Positions 13,495 to 27,334 of a DNA stretch of 64,000 nucleotides are shown in pieces. Source of the DNA: Sphyrna mokarran (Eukaryota); assembly GCA_024679065.1 (NCBI GenBank), contig JAGIQG010000007.1, positions 125,550,001 to 125,614,000 on the forward strand, read 5' to 3'. Every line of letters starts with the position of its first letter. Within the stretch, counting starts at the first letter, position 1. Under the pieces are notes generated by a model. That model had not been told where the DNA came from, made no database searches, and was given only the letters and a program-made list of their open reading frames with translations. Made by a program: the position numbers and the translations under genes.

Positions 13495-14640
13495 GCAATA
13501 ATTCTGCCAAAGCCAGTCTTCCATCACCAAAAACCTTATAATGATAACACAAGAGCTTCACAATGGCTTACAACATGCAGAAAGCAGTATTGCTTACACC
13601 CACAGCATTGAAATAAAACTCACCAATTCTGCTCAGTTGAGAAGGAGTTTGTCCTCCATCCAGCTTACGGGGTGATCTATTGATGATTCCCCATGTTCTT
13701 CATGGCCATTATCACATTCCTGCCATGAGGAGGTCATTTCTGCCATCGAGCAGTCAGTCTGAGGTCCATCAAAGGTGGGGCTGGTTCTAGTGGTAAACAC
13801 CAAATAGGGGAAGCCTTTGCTTTTGCAGGGAGAATTGCGGGGTTATTGATGCCAGGCCACTCCCATGGATCTAGGGAAGCTGAGCTGAGGAGTTTTGGAT
13901 TCTCTTGGCGTAAGTCACATCACTTCACTTCAATGAGTCGAAGATACCTGAGTTGAGGTCAAGCCACCAGACATAGTTCCTAACAAACATATTCATCTTT
14001 GACACTCTAGGGTGGCCCTTATGTTTAGCTGTTAATATCAGAGACGTCCCTGGATGAGGAACAACTACTTGGGACCCCCAGAGAATGATTCTGCCCTCAT
14101 TGCCAATGTAATAATTTAGCCAAGGCCAGTCTTCCATCACCAAAAACCCTTTAATGATAACCTAAAGAAGGACCGTGCTTGCGGTTCATGCAAGTTAGTA
14201 CCCGGGGAATCCACAGAATTCCTGTTTGGGTTGAGGCAACGGGTTTTAACCCCTGCTCCCTCCGTATTGGGTGAGCCTCCGCACATTCAATAAGGAAGTT
14301 CATACACCAGGAAGCCCATGGGGAGATCGATGGATAATCTCCTGTGGCCTTTGTGGCCATCATAACAGGGTGTACCCCTGTCTGACTGAGTGTGAACTAG
14401 GACTGTCCTCAAACATGCTCATCAGTGGAAAGATCATGTTATCGATGGAATGAAGGAATTCCACACCCACCAAATCAAATCAAGGTTTTCTGTTTTGTCA
14501 TATCCAACTATGAATGGCTGGTGTATAATTAAACAACCAGTTGGAAGATCTGACTTGATGAACATTCTCATCCTCAGTGTTGGGGAAGGCCAACACGTCA
14601 GTGCAGAAGATGAACTCGGACATAGCCACAACACTATTTA
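13495..14640 (-). mobile_element. Gypsy pol fragments (RT/RNase H/integrase zinc finger), rearranged
   Basis: Integrase HHCC region ILWGSQVVVP...HKGHPRVSKMNMFVRNYVWW in ORF 13925..14143. Confidence 0.75.
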
Positions 14641-14917
14641 TCGTTCTTGTCCACCTCCATTCCCAACCCCAGCAGTAACTAGAAATCATGCACCAAGTGT
14701 TTCAAGGCATCTTGGAAAGGATTTTCTCCTCATGCCTTACATTAGCTTTTTGATTTTGACAGACAAGAGTCAATCATTTACTGGCTTTTCAAAAAGAAAA
14801 TCACACAATGCCAATTATTATCATGTGAGATTCATTGAAAAACACTTGAAGCACCAAAAATTAATGTAACCATAAAATAAGTAATTGCTTAACAAATATT
14901 TATCAATATTTTCTTAA

Positions 14918-15157
<240 letters not shown>

Positions 15158-15276
15158 TAGTATCGGACCTGTTATGATTAAAAAAAAAATCACACAAAAT
15201 GAAAGTTGATTGTTGGTTCAAAGAGCAGAAATAATTTATTGTCTAAAATAAGGCTGAGATTTGTAGCTATACCATC

Positions 15277-15304
15277 GTGGTGTGTGTGTGTGTGTGTGTG
15301 TGTG
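15277..15304. repeat. (GT)n microsatellite
   Basis: Directly visible. Confidence 0.95.
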
Positions 15305-16427
15305 CGCATATGATTATAATGTTTAAAAGGGACACAAAATGCACAAAACACATTTAAAGTTTGTCAATTTGTGATGGCCCAGGATGACTGCTCTGTTGCT
15401 AGGTGTTGCTCTCATTGCACTATGTTTTCAGAAGATGTTGGTGAAAGCTTACTATAGTTATTATTTAGAATTAAACTTTAGGTAATTGCACACTATGTAA
15501 AACTAATGAGCTAATAGGCAGCCTCTAAAGATTTGGAAGCAATATTGAAAGAGAACAAAAAAAATATATAAAATGTAAACTCGCACAATTCCGGCGTGTG
15601 CACAGGATTGGGAGAGTTTTAACTTTAATTGCATTTTCTGAAGTCTGACCACAAACTGTTATTTCCTAGGTAAGATTACTGATTGTAGTCCAAACAATCT
15701 ACATTTTGTTCTAAAGATGTTCTGAGATATGATGAAAACACAATGTCAGATGCAGCTGTGATGTGATCTGTAAAGAGGATCTTTGGGTTCAGGTGGAAGG
15801 ATAAAGTGACTAATATTGAAACAGTGAATAGTATGCTTGTATTGACAATGTATCTTATGTCAAGAAGCTTAAAATGAGTCTATTGCGTGTTGTACCACCG
15901 GTGACTGTCATCGCTGAACAATAATAGACTAAGTCTTAGCTGGGGAGAAGCAAATAGAAGACAAATGATGAGATCGTGCACATTCTCTAAATAGAAGAAC
16001 TACAATAATTCGAAACTGTGTAAGCTTGCAGTGAAGAAAATATTCTTGTGAGATGACAAGGCATCTGTGATAGATCTGATGATTGACTGGCCGTGCGCTT
16101 TCCATTTTGGGAAACAGTATAACAAGCCAGCTCTTTGCTTCAGAACCTGGATGTGCAAAAGAAGCAGAGTTGAAACGCAAAGGGATGCGCGGATACGCAA
16201 AGCAGCGACAAAATACAAAAAGCAATGGTGTTCACCTCGGTGAATATCTCAAGCAATCTGTGTGTTCAGTCATTAAAATAAAAATGCTTGAAATAACTGT
16301 CAAATGTTAACTTGCCGGGCAAATGAGTCAAGCAGAAAAAAGGAATAGAATGCTGATATAGACACGATCATCATTTCAACTTTGTGAGCTTAAGTATGAA
16401 AATAAAGACTGCTTTCCTTCTAACTTT

Positions 16428-16885
16428 GATGTGGAGATGCTGGTGTTGGATTGGATAAGCACAATAAGTTTCACAACACCAGGTTAAAGCCTAACAGGTT
16501 TATTTGGCAGCTCAAGCTTTTAGAACGCTGCTCTTTCATCAGGTGAGTGAGGTGTCCACCAACAGTGCATATACAGACACAAACTCAATTAAAGATAATG
16601 GTTGGAATGTGAATCTTTAAAAGTAATCAAGTCTTAAAGGTACAGACAGTGTGAGTGTAGAGAGGGCCAAGCACAAGTTAAAGATGTGTGTATTGTCTCC
16701 AGCCAGGACAGTTAATGAGATTTTGCAAGCCCAGGCAAGTGAGGGAGGTTACAGATAGTGTGGTGTAAATCCAAGATCCTGGTTGAGACCGTCCTTGTGT
16801 GTGCGGAACTTGGCTCTCGGTTTCTGCTCGGCGACTGTGCTGTCGTGTGTCATGAAAGCTGTCTTGGAGAACCAAAGGTCAGAGA
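16428..16885 (-). mobile_element. Penelope-like element 3' fragment (GIY-YIG C-terminus plus UTR with hammerhead motif)
   Basis: Minus strand VLQDSFHDTRQH...AKFRTHKDGLNQDLG, a GIY-YIG-type terminus. Hammerhead-like ctgatga...aaaagctt at 16514-16542. Confidence 0.8.
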
Positions 16886-17292
16886 CTGAACCAGAGACTT
16901 CTAACATGATAGTCATTCATGAAAAACACACGACCAACACTAACATATTCTTCCTGTGCCTAAAAGCTATTATAACTCAATGGAATGTAACTTGATGAGT
17001 TTTTTCTTCAATTAGCTGCTGCAACACATCTTTAACAAATCATATTATTTATATCTTGAATATCACAAGATGGATACTGAAGGAAGAGGTGTGACCCCTT
17101 AATGGCCATTTTGTTGTTTTAAATTCTCTTGCTTTTCTTTTTCAAAGTTTCTGGAAAATATCATGTTCAGAGGGTCATTGTGACGAGAGACACCTCACAC
17201 AATGATTGCTATGTATGCAGGGAAAATAATTGGCTGATGATTTTGTGTGGCTAATTTATAGTTCAAGATAAGCTCATTGTAATATCTAAACA

Positions 17293-17440
17293 CGTATTGG
17301 TTAGGTGAATTGGCCATGCCAAGTTCTCCGTCAGTGTACCCGAACAGGAACTGGAATGTGGCGACGAGAAGATTATCACAGTAACTTCATTGCACTGTTA
17401 ATGTGAGCCTACTTGTAACACCAAGAAATAGACTTTAAAA
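17293..17440 (+). mobile_element. V-SINE 3' tail (second tail type)
   Basis: tcagtgtacccgaacagg...tgtggcgac...cacagtaacttcattgcactgttaatgtgagcctacttgt. Same tail at 48808-48945 and 31357-31470. Confidence 0.75.
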
Positions 17441-18589
17441 AAAAATTGCTCCCAATACAATGCCAAGGACAAATTGAGGGAACACTGAGTTTGTGAGAAG
17501 CGATTTTCCGTCAGTAGCCTGTAAACACGGTTAATTTCCCGGGGTCTAAAAGTCCTTATTTTTGAGTGGAAAGTGGAGAAAAAGAAATCATGCCCAAACT
17601 AGGCTGTATGATCAACATTTGATTGGTTGGTGAACTGATTTTCCCTAATAGCAGAACATTGACCTAATTCCAGGAACATTCATAAAAAACCTCTGGCCCT
17701 TGTCTTTTCACACCTGTTTGTAATGGATGCTGAGAAACTGGAATGTTTCTTCATGGTTCAAAGAATCTTCAAGATTCAGTCCTCAATTCAGACATAAATG
17801 AATTATAGCCCTTGGGCAAGTTGGGATCAATTTTAAGCTGCCAAAATTCAGAATGAAATGGCCTTAAAATGAAAGTCTGTTGTATTTCACCTCAATAAGT
17901 AAGTAGCCAACATTTGAGTCATTGATGACATACTCATGAATATTAATAAGAAAAGTTTCCGATCTCTCTTAAAATACAGTAATATACGTTAGTGCTGATC
18001 ACTCGCATGTAGTCTGTGCTTGGGGATGTGTCTACACCAATAAAGAGTAAATAAAGCATTCAGTGGAGGTGCAACACTATGATAAGCTACTGATCTAAAA
18101 TGTGTATTGCAACTTTTAGAATTTCCCTCATGCAAGTCTTCCAGTTCTTCAATAAACAACTGGTTTGCTTACCTAGGCTGAACAGAAATGAATCAGGTTT
18201 GGTTAAGATGGCAGTCTCTATGATCATCTTATTAGACATTAGTGAACAGCAATGAACCATGTGGAATAAAAAAATTAACAGGACTCAATTAGACATACTC
18301 CAAATAGTGGTGTGGATCTTCCATTGTGCAATTACCCTGCATCTATTCAACGTGCTGTAGGCAGAACACAACTTTTCACTACTTATCTGTTAGCCTGTAT
18401 CGTGCATTCCATGCTAACCACACCATAGTGTGGATGCACAACTCAGCAGTTGATCCAATTTGTGACAAAGAATCATGAATTAAAGCTAGTCTGCATGATT
18501 TAAAAACTGCTTGCATCTCTTAAAGAGACGCATTGTGAATGGAGCAGGAAATCCTTGTACAAGTTATTCCAATATGAAAACATTATTAA

Positions 18590-18835
18590 ATTTCGACAAA
18601 ACCTGGGGTGGTGAGGTGTCAGGTAGCGAGTAGGTTTCAAACTCCTCAGAAGTTGCTGCACTGGAAGCCTTGTGGAGAAAATGGAAAGGAGGAGAAAAGT
18701 GATGTGTCCACAAAGGAGCACAAACCTTTCCAGACACACACTCAAAAGGTAACAGGATGAAATAGAGCCAAGGTCAATGTCATATGTCAAGCCCCAAGGA
18801 CTAAGATGCAGGGTCACAAAAAGTTCAAGATGTCA
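18590..18835 (+). mobile_element. PIF/Harbinger transposon relic, Myb/SANT-like ORF fragment
   Basis: Frameshifted AALEAL/VEKMERRRKVMCP...KVNVICQAPRTKMQGHKKF, resembling the Harbinger Myb/SANT protein pattern. Confidence 0.55.
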
Positions 18836-18839
18836 CCCT

Positions 18840-19070
18840 GTCAAGCCCCTTCAGAATTGTGTCTGTTTCAATCAGATGCCCTCTCATTCTCCTAAATTCC
18901 AGATGTTATAGATCTGAGTTTCTCAACCTCTCATCAAAGATCAACCCTTCATCCAAGAACCAATTGCGCTAACCTTTGCTATACTGCCTCCAATGCAAGT
19001 GTATGTTCCTTTAAATATGGAGACCAAAGCTACATGCAGTATTCCAAGTGGCCTAATCAAAGTTCTATTA
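18840..19070 (-). mobile_element. CR1 fragment
   Basis: Reverse complement encodes an RPLGILHVALVS-like degenerate copy of the CR1 RPHLEYC..FWSP motif (ggagaccaaagctacatgcagtattccaagtggcct on +). Confidence 0.7.
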
Positions 19071-19139
19071 ATCGCTTACAACTGCCGCCAGGTCTGGGAG
19101 CAACTGTTTTGTCCAGTTTAAGTCAGGGTAAAACTCTTC

Positions 19140-19411
19140 AGTACAGAATTCCTCCGTCTGCAGATGGAGGCTATTTCACCCACCGAGACCCAATCCATGT
19201 AACCCTACGTATTTACCATGTTAATCCTCCTGACAAGGGGCAATTTATAACGGCCAATCCGACGAACCAGAAGAAACCAAAGCACCCAGAGGAAACTCAG
19301 ACAATCACAGGGAGAATATACAAACTCCACAGACGATGACCTGAGGCTGGAATTGAACCGGGTCCCTGGCGCTGTGAAGCAGCAGCACTTAGCACTGTGA
19401 CACCGTGCCAC
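19140..19411 (-). mobile_element. HE1-like V-SINE
   Basis: Minus strand tggcacggtgtcacagtgctaagtgctgctgcttcacagcgccagggacccggttcaattcc, followed by the V-domain. Confidence 0.85.
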
Positions 19412-22400
19412 ATAAAAGTTGTGGTGTACAGGAAGTAATCTGGAAACCTCCAACACTTCAACTATTGAACCAAACTGATGAGCAAGAATCAGTAAATAAC
19501 CTTCAGGAACTAAGCTGAAAGATGATGATCCTTTGGGTTTGCACAGGTGAGAGGTCCTTTTTGCACATTCAGCACTGCAAGATTAAGAGCTGGACAGTTA
19601 ATCTCCAGGGAGCAGTGGTGTCAAATCAGTGTTGCATACTGATTACTGACACATTCTGCCTTCTTTGCACACCTCTGGCAGACCCTCATCACATGTTAAA
19701 ACTTTTGCCAATGTAGTGCCCTGCACAGCTCACACGAAAAGTGTGTGTGCGCACCACAGATGTCATTTCACTCAAGTGGGATGCTTAAAAAAACAGGTGA
19801 CTCAAATCCAAATTTTGCTCCCAATCTCTCTTTCTGGCCATAGCTGAAAAAAAAAGCTTCATGGTGCATTAAAATAGTGATTATTTTCATTGAGATGGTC
19901 TGCGCTCAGTAATCAGGGTTAATTCTGCTCTTCGGATGCATGATGATTTGTTCAGTGACTTTGTGCTGTACAACATAATGCAGAGAACACTGAAAGGTCA
20001 GCATGTCAACCACCGAACTGCAACTTTCACTTTCATATTCTCCTTGCCTTATTATTTTCTCCATAATGTTATGAAATTTATATGTAAAGAAATTAGTATT
20101 TTTTTTTAAACAGTTTTAACAATGTTTTTTTAAGAATGTCTTCACTGGCTAGCAATGCAGAAATTGCTGTACCTCAATGTATCACAACTGAAGGTTCCAT
20201 TATGTTTCAATATCCTTTGTCTGCTGTACCAACAGAGACATTAATCCACTTATTTGAAATAAGTTCATGGCTATGCCAAACTGGCAAACAAAGGAATGTA
20301 TTGACTATTTGTCCCTGAGTTGGGGAGATTTGAGAGACTAAATGCATTATATACTGTGCAAAAGCAGTGTTCCACAGTATAGGAAAGATAATCCGGTGGT
20401 TCTGATATTGAGAAGTGATGAAGCATACAATTCAATCAAATGTTATTAACAGGGCAGTGCTGGAATGAGTTAGGTTAAAGAAGAAAATGCCTTGGAAGGG
20501 AATACCTTATCTGTATAGTTTAAGCTGTGTATACAGAAACCCTCTGATCACAGACAAACATTTGTATTTCCTATTTAGTGTTGTGTTAAATATTCAGTAA
20601 AACAAGGCTGGCTCTCGTCAACCTGTAGCTGATCGTGCAGAGGATTAATAACTAAATAATGTCTTATAAGCACAAGGAGAATGATCAGAAACATGCTGAT
20701 ACACAGTAGGGTAATGAATTATTGTTAAAATGTGCACACCTTTGTTCTCATCAATGCCTGGAAACTGATGTGAGCTGTGTTATTATAGAAACAATTACTG
20801 TTTAATTCCTGCCTGCTGTTTAATTAAGATATTAATCTATTTTAGCTAAATGGGTGAACACCTAATTGAACATAGTAGCAAGAGGAATATGATACCAGAA
20901 GCTTTTGTACAATAATGGCACTCTCAGTCAATTCCAGACTTGCATTTCTGATTTCCTGTTCATATCTCCCTTTGTTCAAAGTCCGAGTTACTATACATTC
21001 ATCCATGGAGACTTAGCTCTTTCAGCAAGTCTATGCTTTGAGGATAAGTTTTGTCTTTGTATGATTATATAAAATTCTGGATATTATGGTGGCGGAGGTG
21101 GGGCAGGGGTTGGGCGTGTTGCTGGAGCTGGGGGAAAGAGACGGACTGTTTACCCTTCCTGAAGGAAAGCTAACTGTTAGTGGATGGACCCCTGCAAAGA
21201 GTTTGCCCAGGACCATCACATAATGCCAGTGGGCTAAACAGGCTCCGGGATAGACAGTCACCTCTCAGAGAGCTGATGGCCAACCGATTGGCTGGCAGCT
21301 GAAACAGTCCTGGCAGTGCCAGAGTTCACTATGGGCAACGCCAGGATTGTGAACGGGTGTTAGAAGGAGAAAAGCTGATACCTGGATAGGTGATTCCTGG
21401 GCTTTTAAGGCAGGTAGGTTTCAGAGAAGGGGGGAGAAAGGAGAGGTCAGAGGCCAGATTAAGGAGAGCAGGCAGTGAGGAATGAAAAGGGAGCTCTGGG
21501 ACCAGTATGACAAGTCAGGCTTGCCCCAGTGAGATGAGGTTGGGGATGGGTTAGTTGCAAAGGTCAAGTCATTGCCTCTGGGTTATCCTTCAAGAGGAAT
21601 GATTGCTCGAAAGCCACATCACCTTGCAGTCTACTCTGGCAGTCTTGTAAGTGGCTTTGGGCCTCAGATAGCTGGTTAAGTGTCAGCAGAGTTGGGAAGA
21701 AACCAATAATTGATCTCTTTAGTGTCTAAGAAGGGCCTCTGTTGTCTTTCCCACCATTACCAAAATGACCCAGTGGTGGGAAGGTATGGGACATATCAGT
21801 TGACACCTTCCATGTTGTTTTGCCAGCTCTTTTGCCTCCCAGCCTGAAAAATTGCTTGTCACTTTGGTGCAAATCTCAAACATAGTGATATTGCATTGCG
21901 ACCAGCACGATTGATAGCTTTTTGCCCAGGTCACCTGGAACATATTGGAACATCTTCCTACATGTCGAGAAAGGGATTTGGGTTGATTTGTTATTGATAG
22001 TTATTCATCATGTGCAGTTCACTTTACAACCAGTTAATTCCCAGAAGAACACAAGCCATTGGAATGATGATTATGAGATGATAGGTGCCCAGATGGAACA
22101 AACTGCATACTTTTCCATGCGAAGAAGATGTATAACAATTAGAACCATTGGCTGTGTGTCATAGCAATTCATATCTCGATGGCAAAATGAGTTTCAATTT
22201 ATTATGCTGCAGATATTTCAGTGAACAGAGAATGCAGATGTCATGAGTTTTGACTTCAAGGCAGCTACTTTAGTTACTCAGTGAACTAATCTTCAGCACA
22301 CAGAGCTAAGGAACAGAGACAAAAGAACAATGTTTGTCTGTCTTCTCCCTCTATCAATGGCAGTCTATCCCAGGCAGTCATGCAGGGAGATCTCACTTGC

Positions 22401-23084
22401 TAATTATGAAGGAACTCTTAGTTTTGAGGATAATCCTGTGAATAACAACATTGCAAAGCTGATTCACTTCAACCTCTCTGGATGTGGTTCGGGAAACAAA
22501 GAATGACTTTGGTGATTTTGTTTTAATTAACTTGCTATGGACGTCAAAAGGACATAGAATTGTATGACACAAAAGATCCATGGCAATAGCTTTTTGAAAA
22601 AGCACCACTGCTGTTTCTCTACAACCCTACAGATTTTACCCCTTCAAGTCGTCTTCTAATATCCTTTTGAAGGATATTATTATATGTATTCCTACTAGCC
22701 TTTTAGGCACGACTTTTCTGATCATTACAATGCTGTAACGTTCCAAGAAAAATAAGTAATGTCCAAATGAATGGGTTTTAAATTCAATTACATTGGTATG
22801 TGTAGTTTGAAGATAATGTGACCCATTGAGTTTATTTCCTCAAAGAGACTTGCTTCTTGAATTTATTATCGAGAAACTTGAGGATCTTCATTAGATGTAA
22901 GCCATTACTGAACTGGTGCATCTTCTGAAGATTTTCTTTGCATTAAATTAGACCAATTTCAGTTCTCTAAACTGACAAAAAAGGAATAATTCTGATCCTG
23001 AAATATGACATTGCTGTTCTCCGAATCCACATTTATGTGCAAAATTCTAAATGGGATCTCACCATTGATTTCATTTTTAATGTA

Positions 23085-24110
23085 TTTTTTCAAGTGATGT
23101 GGACATCACTAGCCAAGCCAGTATTTATTGCTCATCCCTACTTTCTTTTGAAAACATGGTAGGGAGCTGCAGTCCATCTGATGTAGATATACCCGCACTG
23201 TTGTTAGGATTGGAGTTCCAGGATTTGACCCAGCAACATCAAAGGAACAGCAAAATGTTTCCAAATCAGGATAGTGTATGGCTTAGAGGGACATTTGAAG
23301 GTGGTGGTGTTCCCATGCATCTGTTGACGTGTCCTTTGATGTGGTAGAAGTCCCAGGTTTGGAAGGAGCCTGGTGAGTTGCTGCAGTACATTATGTCGAT
23401 GGTGCACACTGCCTCCACTCTGTACCAGCGATGGAGGTAGTGAACACTTTAATGTGGTCGATAAGGTGACAATCAAGCAGGCTACATTTTCCGGGATGGT
23501 GTTAAGCTTCTTAAATGTTGTTGGAGCAGCACTCACTAGGCAAATGAAAGAGTATTGCAGCACACTTGTGATTTGTGGCTTGTCGATGGCAGACAGACAT
23601 TGGGGAGTCGCTGCAGAATTTCCAAACTCTGGCCTTATTTCATTGCCGTAGTATTTAAGGCTTGTCTTGTTCATTTTCTGATCAATTGCAATGCAGGGTG
23701 TCGGTGGAGTCAACGATTGTCATTCCATTAAACATCAAAGGAGAATGGTTAGATTCTCTCTTGTTGGAGTTGCCATTGCTTGGCTCTTGTGAGGTGTGAA
23801 TGTTACTTAGCATTTAGCCCAAACCTAGATATTGTCTCGGTCTTGCTGCATTTGGACATAAACTACTTCAATATCTGAAGAGTCACTAAATGGTGTTGAA
23901 TATTGTGCACTCATCAGCAACCATGCCTTTTTCTGTCCTTATGATGGAGAAAAGATCATAAGACCTTTGTGCTTTGGGCTGTATTCTAAAAAACCCCTGT
24001 CGTGATGTCCTGGGACTGACGCGATTGACATCCCACGACCACAACTATCTTCCTTTGTGTTCAGTATGACTCCAACCAGTGGAGTGTTTTTCCCTGATCC
24101 CCATTGCCTT
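23085..24110 (-). mobile_element. CR1-group LINE 3' part (RT C-terminus and tail)
   Basis: ORF 23204..23713 contains VLQYSFICLVSAAPTTFKKLNTIPENVACLI, homologous to 54430-54530. Confidence 0.75.
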
Positions 24111-25289
24111 CAGGTTGACATCCCTCATGGTAATAATCTCAGTTTGTCCACCTGTACAGTGGTGCAGTTTCCTTCCTAAAGTGCTTTGGTTCAGTGAATC
24201 TGATTTGGAAATAGTTTGGTGCCCGGTTGCCTCCTGTATAGATCGCTGCAAGACACTGTTAAACCTCTCATAACAGAGGCTTAAAGATACTTGTGATTTG
24301 GATAATCACACTTGACCTGGACTGGTCACTCAATGTTTCTGGTGGTTTGGATCAATCATGATGTTGCCTATTGTGACAGTGCTTGATTATTCAAAACCAT
24401 ACTACCACTAAGAGTCCCTCAAATCCAAAACTAGGCTAAATAATCTGTCTGATTTATTCTTTTGTTACAGCACAGAACAATTTATTTTATTTCTAAAAAG
24501 TCACTGCGCACAATGCTGAAATTTAACAGTAAGCTATTGACTAACAGAATACCTGTTCCACACACGGGACATATTCATACCTATGATTTTTTTCCCACAC
24601 TGACAGAATTATAACCAATGTTTAATTTAAGTTACAAAAAAGCAGCAAAGCCCAGATCTAAACAATACTGCCTGAATTGTGTTGAAAAACTGGGAATACA
24701 TCACAGGATTAGAGACGTTGTCAACAACAATACAATTTGGAAAAAGCCAATACGTTCTCTGATCAAATATAATTAGATAATGAGTGCTCAGGTTAAAATT
24801 ACCATCCGCAATCTTCACAACAAGAGAAAAGGCACACATAGAAACAACATAAAACTACATTTTTGTGGTTTTTAACAATGTTCCTAAGAAGACAGAACGC
24901 TAAATGTCATTTAATTTCAACTTTTTTTTTGAGCTCTACAATTAATAGCCTGGGGTCTTCAACCTTTGAGTCCATGTAGTAGGGTCTTTACCCACAGGAC
25001 GTCAAGAGCTTGCTTTACTCAGTGGAATTCCATAGTTTTCTTAGGCCAGTCTAAATAATTGTTTTAGATGTCAACACAAATAACACAATTGACTTTTAAA
25101 ATTGGCGTGGAAAAAAGTCTTAGCTCAAATAAATTCACCTCAATGTCTTTGGAACAATGTTCCATCTCTCTAAGGGGACTTGACCAATCAGAGCCCAGTG
25201 TTCTCTGTATTGCCTGCAGGTAGGCCAAATGTAGAATTATCAGGGTTTGATTTGAGCCCCTGCAGCCCTTGGTACCTCGACATGGTGTA

Positions 25290-26120
25290 TTTTATTGCAT
25301 GTCCACCTTGAGGGCAAGTTCTGGAGCACAAGTCTTCAGTGCTGTTGTCAAAATATTTTCAGATGCATAAGGCTTGCAATATCCAGTGCCTTCAGCTGTT
25401 TGTTGATATCACATAGAGTCAAATTAATTAATGGCTGGCATTTGTAATACTGGGGAATCAAGAAAGAAATGGAAATGGTTCATCCACTCAGCACTCAAAG
25501 CTGAAGATGGTTGGAAATCCTTGTACTTTCTGCTGATTTGTCGGGCTACTCCATCATTGAGGGTGGAGATGTTTGTTGATCATGCTTCTCCAGTTAGTTT
25601 CTTAAATGTGCGTCACTTTTCACAACTGGCTGTGGCAGGATTGCAGAGCTTCGATCTGATTTATTGTTTATGGGATCGTTTAACTCTGCCTGAAGCGTGC
25701 TTCTTCCACTGTTCTGTATGTGAAGCTTCACCAGAGTGGTATCTCATTTTTTGCTATGTGTGCTAATGTATCTGGCACGCTGTCCTATAAGAAGTCTCAC
25801 AACATCAGATTTATGTCCAATCAGTTTTGCTCTCCTGTACCCGGGATTGAACCTGTGTTGATCCCCAGCTTGATGGTAATTGTTGAGCGGGGACACACCA
25901 TGAGACTTGATGATTTCACTTCTGGTGCTGATGGCTCATCATGTTTCATGGATGCTCTGTTTTTAGCTGTCAGATCTGTTCACATTCTCTCCTCATTAGC
26001 ATAGAGGTAGTGTCACACAACGCAATAAAGGATATCCTCAATGTGAGATATGACTTTGTCTCCACGAGGACATGTTACACCTTATTAGAGGGCAAATTTC
26101 TGGTAAAGAATGCTCCAAGT
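25290..26120 (-). mobile_element. CR1-group LINE middle fragment (endonuclease to RT start)
   Basis: Reverse complement is collinear with 53880-54400 (...atccccagcttgatggtaat... and ...cagatctg...). Confidence 0.65.
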
Positions 26121-26139
26121 CACTCCATAGATAAGTGAT

Positions 26140-26584
26140 AGTTTGAGGTATAAAGAGAAGCTGGATAGACTGGGACTTTTTTTCTCTCTCTGGAATGTTG
26201 GAGACTTTGTGGTGATCTTATAGACTCTATAAAATAATGAGGGGCACAGATCAGCTAGATATTCAATATATTTTCCCAAAGGTCGGGGAGTCTAAAACTA
26301 GACGGCATAGATTTAAGGTGAGAGCGGAGAGATACAAAAGGGTCGAAGGGACAATTTTTTTCACACAAAATATGGTGAGTGTCTGGAACAAGCTGCCAGA
26401 GGTAGTAGTAGAGGCAGGTCAAATTTTATCTTTTAAAAATTGTTTAGACAGCTACATGGTTAAAATGGGTATAGAGGAATATGGGCCAAATTGGGATTCG
26501 CTTAGGGGTTTGAAAAGAAGGAGTGGCCTGGATAAGTTGATCTGAAGAGCCTGTTTTCATGCTGTAAACCCCTATGACTCTATG
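26140..26584 (+). mobile_element. CR1 LINE 3' end
   Basis: YKIMRG...TRRHRFKVR...FFTQNMVSVWNKLP motif and (ctatga)n tail. Confidence 0.9.
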
Positions 26585-27334
26585 TAAGGAAAATAGATGC
26601 TGGTCAAAAGAGATGTATTTTGAAAAAAGGTAATGGACAGAAAGACAAGTTTGAAAAAGAAATTTCAATCAATTTACCCAGATGTGCACAATGATTTGAT
26701 GAGATGGGAAAGGAATGTGGTGAAGGCCTGAGTGACAGACGGAGCTAGTGTTGATTGTGAGGATAAAACATGCTGTAAGAGGAATTAAAAATAAGATTGC
26801 AGATTTAAATTTAATACATGTGGTGGAGATGAACTATTGTAGTTTAATAAATAATGATAGAATATGTCCCATTTATCTATGTGGCAGTAGTTTTCACGAG
26901 TTTAAACTGTTGGAGAATGGATGAAAGAATGAAAGTTAGAAAAACGTCCTGCTTTCATCCTGGATTCACATTCACTTGATGTATTCCGTTATTTAATTAC
27001 TGTTGTCAAGAGTTTTTTTGTCAAGAATTTGCTTCACTTTCTTGATAATAAACAATCATTTTAAAATCCATCAAAGGGTTTTATACACATTTTCTTGGCT
27101 GGAGTACTTTAGGATTGTTGAGTTGAATGCAAATAAATTGCACCTTCCTCAATGCCTTGATGAACCAGCTTAATCCAGCTCAAAAAGAACTTGGGTAATT
27201 AAACAATTTATATCAAATTAACATATTGATTACAATCACCTTATGAATCTCCTAGCTGATTTGGATGAAAGCTGATCCAAAATCTCCAAGTTTCAGGTAA
27301 TACCAAAATTAATACTGAAATTAAACATGGTAAG

